From positions 1-14,497 of the forward strand of contig JBHHYI010000105.1 in assembly GCA_046757525.1 (NCBI GenBank): DNA of 14,497 nucleotides, read 5' to 3'. This DNA comes from a bacterium (lineage in GTDB: Bacteria; Zhuqueibacterota; Zhuqueibacteria; Oceanimicrobiales; Oceanimicrobiaceae). Shown here one piece after another: positions 1 to 7,211 of this stretch. Numbering within the stretch: position 1 is the first letter of the stretch; each line of letters opens with the position of its first letter. Below the pieces are notes generated by a model that saw nothing but the letters and a program-made list of their open reading frames with translations, was not told where the DNA came from and did not search any database. Made by a program: the position numbers and the translations under genes.

Positions 1-714
1 ATCGCCTATCTGCAGAAAAATATGGCTCCTCAGATTGTCGAGATCGTGGTTCATGAACCAAACCAGTACTTCCCCGAGTCTGAAAACCACAATTCAAACA
101 ATTCTCACGTGGATGGAAACGACCATAGAAAAAACAACCATGTCCAAAACCAGTACATCGGGCGCAATACGTTTAAAAAAGGGTATCAGTCCGTGAGTTG
201 GCAAACGAAAGATGTTAACCAGGACTTCTTGTCATTCGACCTCTATTATCGTGGCTCTGGAGAAACGAGCTGGAAAAAGTTGACAGAGAATTACACCGGC
301 TTCGTCTATTCGTGGGACACTGAGCTTCTGCCGGATGGCCGCTATTTCATCAAAATTGTCGCGAAGGACGAGAAATCGAATCCGCCAGCGCTTGCCCTGA
401 CCACGGAAAAAGTAAGTCCCCCGTTTATCATCGACAACCAGGGACCCGAGGTGTCAAATATTGTGGTCAAGTCAGAAGGTAAGGATATCCTCGTTTCGTT
501 TCGGGTGAAAGATGCGTTGACCATCATCAAATCCGTGGAAGTGGGCTTAAACGCCAACGCGTGGAAATTGGTGTACCCGGTCGACGGTATCTGCGATTCG
601 AAGAGCGAAGTTTTCGAAGCTAAGATGAAAGCGCCAACGAGCCAATCCAACACTATTGTCATCAAAGCTACTGATTATCGAGAAAACATTGGTTTTGGAA
701 AAAGAAACTTTTAA
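1..714 (+). CDS. C-terminal part of a large protein with Ig/fibronectin-III-like domains (5' end lies outside the window)
   Basis: Frame 1 is open from base 1 (IAYLQKNMAP...), so the ATG at 22 is probably internal. Beta-sandwich-type motifs are present: VSWQTKDVNQD, FDLYYRG, YSWDTELLPDGRYFIKIVAKD, FIIDNQGP and IVIKATD...NIG. Confidence 0.7.
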   Translation: MAYLQKNMAPQIVEIVVHEPNQYFPESENHNSNNSHVDGNDHRKNNHVQNQYIGRNTFKKGYQSVSWQTKDVNQDFLSFDLYYRGSGETSWKKLTENYTGFVYSWDTELLPDGRYFIKIVAKDEKSNPPALALTTEKVSPPFIIDNQGPEVSNIVVKSEGKDILVSFRVKDALTIIKSVEVGLNANAWKLVYPVDGICDSKSEVFEAKMKAPTSQSNTIVIKATDYRENIGFGKRNF

Positions 715-750
715 GCAGGCAACTACGCGGCAGAAAGGGAATTTTACAGC

Positions 751-1740
751 ATGATCGACAGGACCCTCCAGGAGAAAGTCAAGGAATGCTTTAACCGAGG
801 CCAGCGATTCGTTTTGACGACACACGTAAATCCGGACGGCGATGGTTTAGGCTCCGAAGCCGCCCTTTTTCACTATCTTACCCGTATTGGCAAGGATGTT
901 TTCATTTACAACAGCAGTCCGGTGCCTGCCAACTATAAGTTTTTGGACTCTGACAACAGAATGTTGGTTTACGATCCTGACCTTCACCACGAAACCCTTT
1001 TAACTGCTGATTACATCCTTATTCTGGACATCAGCGAATGGAATCGGTTAAAAGATGTGGGCGCCAGCGTCAAGAACCTGCATATTCCTAAGATTTGTAT
1101 CGATCACCATCCACCACATGAAAAATTTGGCAATATCAGCCTGGTTGACGTTTCAGCGAGTTCAACGGGCGAGATCGTCTACGATCTCATTAAGTTTTGT
1201 GGCGGCAGCATGACTCCCAACATTGCCGACGCCATCTACACCAGCATTCTAACCGATACCGGTTCCTTTCGTTTTTCCAACACCAATGATCGGGCGTTCA
1301 AAATCGCTGGTGATCTGGTGGCAGCGGGGGTCAGTCCGCAAAAGATTTATCAGGAAGTGTATGAACACCAAGCTCCCAGCAAGGTCAAGTTGTTAGGTTT
1401 TGTGCTTTACAACTTGAAACTAGAAGACAACGGTCGCGTCGCCTGGATTAGCGTTTCACAGGAAAACCTGGAGACGATTCATGCCAAACCCCAGGACACG
1501 GAAGGTTTTGCGGATTATCCGCGCGTCATCAATGGTGTGGAAGTGAGCATCATGTTTATCGAATTGGAAAAAGGCAGGATCAAGGTTAGTTTTCGGTCCA
1601 AGGGGAACTATGTCATCAACCAGATCGCGCAAAAATTTGGTGGCGGAGGCCATGCCTATGCAGCCGGCGTGCTCATCAAAGGAGAGCTTGACGAGTTTAT
1701 TCCCGCGGTTTTAGGGGAAGTGAGCAAATTGTTTGATTAG
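751..1740 (+). CDS. nrnA: Bifunctional oligoribonuclease/PAP phosphatase NrnA (DHH/DHHA1 phosphoesterase)
   Basis: All family motifs are intact: THVNPDGD, ILD, IDHH, TDTGSFRF, SFRS and GGGGH. A purine-rich RBS (AGAAAGGGA) lies at about 732-740. Confidence 0.93.
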   Translation: MIDRTLQEKVKECFNRGQRFVLTTHVNPDGDGLGSEAALFHYLTRIGKDVFIYNSSPVPANYKFLDSDNRMLVYDPDLHHETLLTADYILILDISEWNRLKDVGASVKNLHIPKICIDHHPPHEKFGNISLVDVSASSTGEIVYDLIKFCGGSMTPNIADAIYTSILTDTGSFRFSNTNDRAFKIAGDLVAAGVSPQKIYQEVYEHQAPSKVKLLGFVLYNLKLEDNGRVAWISVSQENLETIHAKPQDTEGFADYPRVINGVEVSIMFIELEKGRIKVSFRSKGNYVINQIAQKFGGGGHAYAAGVLIKGELDEFIPAVLGEVSKLFD

Positions 1741-1746
1741 ACCTCC

Positions 1747-2886
1747 ATGAGCGACTCAGCATCGAACGGCAGTCAACGCCATCTGGAACAAATCGATTCA
1801 CTGGTGCAGGAGTTTGCGCACCGGACTTACCCGGTTGCCTTGCCCAGTTTCGAACCCGCCTCGTTCTCGGAAACGCTTTTAAATCAGTTACATTCTCTCG
1901 AATTGGACGGCAGGCGCATGCGCAAAGCCAGCGTCGTGGTAGACCTTGCAGGCGGTAGACCCACACCCTGTGTGGCGCTGCGAGTGGCAATCAACACCGC
2001 CCCGGAGCAAGGACACGCCTGGAAGGATCGGTTGAATGTCCTCCTCGCTCTGGGGGTGTTGGCTGTTCTGAAGGAGATGATCAAGTCGTTTGCTGGCAGT
2101 GTGCGGCTGATATTACAACCAGAGCAGGTTCCGCCGGCTGAAGGGGTAGGGGCGTTGAATCTACCGGACGTGTTGAATGACGTCCAGGCAATTTACGGTT
2201 TTCAACTGGATGCCACCATTCCATTTGGCAACGTGGCCACAAAGGCAGGGCCGTTGGTAACCTCTTTCGACACCTTCTCGATAAACGTCAGCCGGCAACG
2301 CTCTCACACAAGAAATCCCCGCGAGGACGCGGATCCCGTCCTGGTAGCCGCAAAAATCACGGCTGCTTTGAGTCAATTGACCTCACGCAAAATAGACCCG
2401 CTCAAATCCGCCGTAGTCTCCGTCTGTTCAATACACGGCGGTGACAACGATCATGAGGTAGCCCAGAGGGTGGAAATCCGCGGCAACTATCGCACGCTCG
2501 AGAAACAAACGCACCAACACCTTGCCGAATTGATTCAAAAGACCGTACGGGGCATCGCAGGGGCCTACGGTGCCGATTTGCAATTCGACCTTAAACAAGG
2601 CACGCCACCGTTGATCAACGACGAAAACTGTACCACCATCTTAACAGAGGCCGTTCAGGAAATCTTGGGAGAGCAGCACGTTTTTTCTTTGACTTACCCC
2701 AAGTTGGGCACGGAACGGTTCGCCCACTTCCTGGACTCTATACCAGGCTGCTTTATGTTTCTTGGCACCAATCCCACAGAAAGCGATTCTGAGATTTCCA
2801 GTAAGTCGAGAGAACATAGAATTGTGGAGATAGGCGTAAAGGCGTTGAGCTGGGCATTGCTAAAGGACATTATGATCCGTTATTAA
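1747..2886 (+). CDS. M20D (amidohydrolase/hippurate hydrolase-like) family protein, predicted catalytically inactive
   Basis: Scaffold motifs are recognisable along the full length: PCVALR, GSVRLILQP, DPVLVAA, SRKIDPLKSAVVSV, IRGNYRT, PPLIND and IPGCFMFLG. Metal-ligand motifs are substituted (see findings). The ORF is an uninterrupted 379 aa starting 6 nt after nrnA. Confidence 0.85.
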   Translation: MSDSASNGSQRHLEQIDSLVQEFAHRTYPVALPSFEPASFSETLLNQLHSLELDGRRMRKASVVVDLAGGRPTPCVALRVAINTAPEQGHAWKDRLNVLLALGVLAVLKEMIKSFAGSVRLILQPEQVPPAEGVGALNLPDVLNDVQAIYGFQLDATIPFGNVATKAGPLVTSFDTFSINVSRQRSHTRNPREDADPVLVAAKITAALSQLTSRKIDPLKSAVVSVCSIHGGDNDHEVAQRVEIRGNYRTLEKQTHQHLAELIQKTVRGIAGAYGADLQFDLKQGTPPLINDENCTTILTEAVQEILGEQHVFSLTYPKLGTERFAHFLDSIPGCFMFLGTNPTESDSEISSKSREHRIVEIGVKALSWALLKDIMIRY

Positions 2887-2912
2887 ATAGTCTTAACATT
2901 GATCGTTTTTTC

Positions 2913-2941
2913 TTGCTTTTAAGCATCAGATACATTAGTTT
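2913..2941 (+). promoter_or_regulatory. Possible sigma70-type promoter for the kinase cluster
   Basis: TTGCTT (2913-2918), a 17-nt spacer, then TAGTTT (2936-2941), in an AT-rich gap. The match to consensus is only moderate. Confidence 0.35.
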
Positions 2942-3046
2942 TTCAAATCGTATAGCTTAGTCGGGAATGTTACACTCAGGGGAGTCAGGATCATTCACAA
3001 GAAGGCCAAATCGAACGATGTTCGTCAATCCCAAACTCTCAAGGCC

Positions 3047-4189
3047 GTGAAGACCAATGGGGCACGTCCGGGGGAGGTTGAAGGTCAGGTCAATCATTCC
3101 ACCGAATTCTACAAATCCCTTTTTGAGAATCTGGGAACCGCGGTCGCCGTCTTTCAGAAGGGTGGAAGACTTAGCCAGGTGAACCACGCTTTTGCGCAAT
3201 GGACCGGATTAAGCAAGCATTCGCTGGAATCAAAGAGAAACCTCCTGGATTTTATCGACTCTGCCGAGCATCAGAAAGTTACTCGCTCGATGGTCGATTA
3301 TTTTGAGCTTAGGGAGCCGGAGTCGAGGTCTTTAAGGTGCAGTTTTATCAATGACAAGGGTGAACGAAGACAAATAGAAATCTTCTGGAGTTGGGTTGGC
3401 GATCTCAATGACCGGCTTGCCACTTTGCAGGACGTCTCTGGCTACAAACCGCAGAACATAAATCTGTTTGAAACCAAAGAGTATGAAAACCTGCTCCACC
3501 TGCTCTCACACAATTTGAAGTCACCGATCGTTTCGATCAAGGGTTTCGCAACTTTGCTGAAAGAGGACGGAAGCGATGCCGGGGATGAGAAGCAGACTCA
3601 CTACGTCGACCGAATCTACAAAAACGCCTCTCGTATGGAAAAGATGATTCATGACATATTTAACTATTCTAAGTTCAAAAAGAGAGAGCGATTCATGAAG
3701 AGGTTGTCCTTGCAAGAAATGGTCACGGCCGTCTGTGCGGATTTTCAGTTCGAGGTGCATAATCGAAATATCACGCTTAAGCTTGCCGAGGATTTCCCCA
3801 CCATACAGGCGGATTGCGAAGACATGCAGACTGTTTTTAACAATTTGTTAGATAATGCCATCAAATACATGGGCGATGTCGAGAACCCTGAAATTGAGAT
3901 AGGTTGGGAAGACAAGAATAGGTTTTATGTTTTCTGGGTGAAAGACAATGGCGTCGGTGTGTCTGAGGATTATCAGGACAAGATCTTCGACTGGTTTCAA
4001 CGCGGTAACACCTCCAACAGAATCGACGGCACCGGTGTAGGGCTATCCATCGTGCAGCAAATCATGGAAAAGTATGATGGGAAGGTCAGGCTGAGCTCCA
4101 AGATAGGGCGGGGCACCACCGTGTACATCGCGTTGCCCAAAGTCGTCGATGATGACCTCGAGGACCAGGACGCTCTAAGACATGGCTAG
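3047..4189 (+). CDS. PAS-domain sensor histidine kinase (PAS-HisKA-HATPase, bacteriophytochrome/COG4251-like transmitter)
   Basis: PAS signature YKSLFENLGTAVAVF...QVNHAFAQWTG...LQDVS; H-box LSHNLKSP; N-box NLLDNAIKY; G1 VKDNGVG; F-box KIFDWFQR; G2 GTGVGL. No transmembrane segment is visible. The GTG start is uncertain. Confidence 0.92.
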   Translation: MKTNGARPGEVEGQVNHSTEFYKSLFENLGTAVAVFQKGGRLSQVNHAFAQWTGLSKHSLESKRNLLDFIDSAEHQKVTRSMVDYFELREPESRSLRCSFINDKGERRQIEIFWSWVGDLNDRLATLQDVSGYKPQNINLFETKEYENLLHLLSHNLKSPIVSIKGFATLLKEDGSDAGDEKQTHYVDRIYKNASRMEKMIHDIFNYSKFKKRERFMKRLSLQEMVTAVCADFQFEVHNRNITLKLAEDFPTIQADCEDMQTVFNNLLDNAIKYMGDVENPEIEIGWEDKNRFYVFWVKDNGVGVSEDYQDKIFDWFQRGNTSNRIDGTGVGLSIVQQIMEKYDGKVRLSSKIGRGTTVYIALPKVVDDDLEDQDALRHG

Positions 4190-4195
4190 ACAATC

Positions 4196-4299
4196 GATTC
4201 CCAATTAACATATCAACCCTGACAGGGTTTCTAGGGGCAAAACGATAGCTGGGTTTGTCAATGAAACCCTGTCAGGGTTTGCAACGGTAATTAGGAATC
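4196..4299. repeat. Nested inverted-repeat element (REP/REPIN-like doublet)
   Basis: A perfect 17-bp inverted pair, AACCCTGACAGGGTTTC (4215-4231) and GAAACCCTGTCAGGGTT (4263-4279), each arm itself palindromic. It is enclosed by GATTCCCAATTA (4196-4207) and TAATTAGGAATC (4288-4299), which match at 11 of 12 positions. Confidence 0.85.
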
Positions 4300-4541
4300 A
4301 CAACACTAGTAAACGCGTTGGCGTAAACGAAATTATTTGAGGACAACATAAACGTACGGGAGGAACAAATGGACTAAGGAATATTTTTCTTAAGCTGCGA
4401 TTAATGATTGCTCCCAATACTCATTTATCCCACCAACCGAACAGCGACGTTAGTTTCCCTCCGACTACATCTCGTTTTTTCCAAAGAAGTGATTAGGTCT
4501 AACTCATACCATTGTTATTGCATCCATAGGGCGCACGAGTT

Positions 4542-5330
4542 ATGAAAAACAATGACATTTCTTCCAGGGTCGAAGCCGCAGCCATCCCACGCAACCTGGG
4601 CGGATGGTGTAACGGTCACAGCAAGAACAAAGCAGAAAGATTCAACGAGGAATTAAATCTGTACCTCAATGCCATCGCCCATGAGTTCCGCAGTCCGTTG
4701 GTCTCGGTTCAGGGTTACGCGGCTCTGCTGGTTGAAGAGTACGGCGATCTGTTGCCCGCTGAGGGTAAACAATATTTAGACCGGATTTTCGCCAATCTGC
4801 GGCAAGCTGATGATATTCTGATCGATTTGTCCAGGTTTGCGAGGACCTTAGTTCCCGAGTCCGAATTTGAATATGTGGCTGCCAATGAAATTGTCGAGGC
4901 AGCCTTAGAACCCTTGGTTCGGCAATTGAAGCAGGATCGAATCGAATTGATTGTTCAACCAGGGCTGCCGAGGATATTTTGTCATGTCAGGGCCATGATT
5001 CAAGTGTTTACGAATTTGCTCTCAAACGCAACGAAATATTTGAAAGAGAATGCCCCGGGACAAATAGAAATTGGGTATTTGGGGGATGAGATTTTCCACA
5101 AATTCTATGTTAAAGACAACGGGGTAGGAATGTTGCCCAAGGAGCGCAATAAAGTCTTTCTGCTTTTTAGCCGATTAGGCAATAAAAAGCGCGTTTCCGG
5201 ATCGGGTTTGGGATTGGCAATCGTCAAACGGATCATAGAAGGCCACGGTGGCGAAGTGTGGGTCGACGCCAGGAGGCACAAAGGTGCCACTTTTTATTTC
5301 ACCTTACCGAAAAAGCCCTCGAGTTTTTAG
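4542..5330 (+). CDS. Histidine kinase with HisKA-HATPase only (no sensor domain)
   Basis: H-box IAHEFRSP at residue 47; N-box NLLSNATKY; VKDNGVG; GSGLGL; GATFYFTLP. Only about 30 residues precede the dimerisation helix. Confidence 0.92.
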   Translation: MKNNDISSRVEAAAIPRNLGGWCNGHSKNKAERFNEELNLYLNAIAHEFRSPLVSVQGYAALLVEEYGDLLPAEGKQYLDRIFANLRQADDILIDLSRFARTLVPESEFEYVAANEIVEAALEPLVRQLKQDRIELIVQPGLPRIFCHVRAMIQVFTNLLSNATKYLKENAPGQIEIGYLGDEIFHKFYVKDNGVGMLPKERNKVFLLFSRLGNKKRVSGSGLGLAIVKRIIEGHGGEVWVDARRHKGATFYFTLPKKPSSF

Positions 5331-5342
5331 GAGTAAAAGATT

Positions 5343-7211
5343 ATGGTCGGACCGCTAAGAGTTTTGCTGGTGGAGAACAATCGGCAGCAGGCCAGGAGAG
5401 TAGGGGAGAGTTTGAAGAAGTACGATTGCCGGTTTGAGATCGAAACGATCGATTCCGGGGTCGCTTATATTGAAAAGATCGTCGACAGTGGGTACAACGC
5501 GATAATATTAGACGAAAAATCGTCTGGACCTTCCGGCACCAATCTGCTGAGCGAGCTCGAAATGCGGGGCGTGGACGCGCCGGTGGTGGTCGTGACAAAC
5601 AACGACCGGGCTGAGAAGGCAGTGGTCGCCTTGAAGAACGGAGCCTATGACTATATTGTCAAAGACGATTCCTATCTTTCGATCTTGCCCAAAGTTGTGC
5701 AAAAAAGCATTGAAACCTATCACCTTACGGCAAGACTAAGAGAGTCGGAGCACAAATATCAAAATATCTTTGAAAAAGCCAACGATGCCATATTCATGAT
5801 CAACTTGCAGGACCATGAGGTTCATGAAGCTAACCTGAAAGCAGCACAGATTTCGGGCTACTCCAAGCAAGAGCTTCTGCACAAACAGTTTGTCGACTTG
5901 TATCCGCAGAATCAGAAAGAGCGGGTCGAGAGACTCCTGCAAAAAACCACCGAACAGGGCTCCTACCAGGACGACGATCTTTCTATCCTGACTAAACATC
6001 ACGATTTGGTGCCCGTGGACATAAATGCCAGCGCCATAACCCTCGACAAAGAGTTGTACATTTTGGGTATTGTCCGGGATATCGGAGAGAAAAAACATCT
6101 GCAGTCTCTGATCCTCAACAGCAAGAGAAGGCTTCAGGAGTCCTTTGATGGCATTACCGATATCATCTACCAGGTCAACCGTGACTACGAAGTGGTTCTG
6201 GCCAACAAGAGGATAGCGGAACTTTGTAGGACCCAGCCAGAAAAGCTCATCGGACTCAAGTGCTATGAGGCGATCTTTCTCTGTCAGCAACCTTGCTCCG
6301 ACTGCCCGGTGGAGAAATCTTTTTTGACCAGGAGGCCTGCTTACCAGGAAAAAGTCAACGATCAGGAGATTTTTGAAATGTGGAGCTACCCGATTTTCGC
6401 ATCAGGCGAGGAAATAGAAGCGGTGGTAGTTTATTCCAAGAACGTGACCGAGAAAAAGAGACTGGAGAGGTCGCTGATTCAGTCAGAAAAGTTGGCCACC
6501 ATTGGACTGCTTTCCTCGGGAATTGCCCATGAAATCAGAAATCCGTTGAACATCATCGAGACGGCGCGTTACTATATCGAGGAATTCATGCCGCCTCAGC
6601 GCCAGGACATTCGGGCCAAGCTAAGTATCATCAGCAAGAATGTTAAACGCGCGGCCAAGATAATCAACAACTTGCTGGAGTTTTCCCGGCCTTCTGATCA
6701 GGAAAAGGAAAAAATCAATCTGAACAAGCTGCTGGAGAGCACGATCAACCTGATCGAAAAAGAGCTGCATGCCAAGAATATTGAATATCGCATCGGCAGC
6801 CGCGGGACTTACCACGTGTATTTGAACGTGGAGTCGCTTAAACAAGTTTTTCTGAATATCATAATCAATGCGGTGCAAGCGATGCCCAATGGAGGCAAGT
6901 TGACCATCGAGATCGCCACGCCGAGGGAGCCGTGGGTGGAAATCAAAATTGCGGACACCGGCCATGGCATTCCCAAAGAAAATCTACCACACATCTTTTC
7001 ACCGTTTTTCACTACAAAAGACGTCGGCGTGGGCACCGGACTTGGGCTATATGTTTCTCACATGATCATGAGGCGGGAAGGGGGTGAAATCAAGGTCACG
7101 AGCACGGTGGGGCAGGGCACGACTTTCACAATCCTCTTGCCTCGATCGCACCCTGGTTCGGCGTCCCAACACAAGAAAGCCGGCTTGCCGAGCAATGTCG
7201 GCCATGTGTGA
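5343..7211 (+). CDS. Hybrid histidine kinase, REC-PAS-PAS-HisKA-HATPase (NtrB-like transmitter)
   Basis: Receiver: VLLVENN, AIILD (D57), VVVVT and GAYDYIVK. Two PAS domains: IFEKANDAIF...RDI and SFDGITDII...KNVT. Transmitter: QSEKLATIGLLSSGIAHEIRNPL, NAVQA, DTGHG, FSPFFTTK and GTGLGL. RBS AGGAG at 5329-5333. Confidence 0.95.
   Translation: MVGPLRVLLVENNRQQARRVGESLKKYDCRFEIETIDSGVAYIEKIVDSGYNAIILDEKSSGPSGTNLLSELEMRGVDAPVVVVTNNDRAEKAVVALKNGAYDYIVKDDSYLSILPKVVQKSIETYHLTARLRESEHKYQNIFEKANDAIFMINLQDHEVHEANLKAAQISGYSKQELLHKQFVDLYPQNQKERVERLLQKTTEQGSYQDDDLSILTKHHDLVPVDINASAITLDKELYILGIVRDIGEKKHLQSLILNSKRRLQESFDGITDIIYQVNRDYEVVLANKRIAELCRTQPEKLIGLKCYEAIFLCQQPCSDCPVEKSFLTRRPAYQEKVNDQEIFEMWSYPIFASGEEIEAVVVYSKNVTEKKRLERSLIQSEKLATIGLLSSGIAHEIRNPLNIIETARYYIEEFMPPQRQDIRAKLSIISKNVKRAAKIINNLLEFSRPSDQEKEKINLNKLLESTINLIEKELHAKNIEYRIGSRGTYHVYLNVESLKQVFLNIIINAVQAMPNGGKLTIEIATPREPWVEIKIADTGHGIPKENLPHIFSPFFTTKDVGVGTGLGLYVSHMIMRREGGEIKVTSTVGQGTTFTILLPRSHPGSASQHKKAGLPSNVGHV

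Noticed and set aside
1747..2886. Calling the M20 homologue a pseudogene
   Set aside because: It has no stops or frameshifts and is near full length. Substitutions are concentrated at catalytic motifs.
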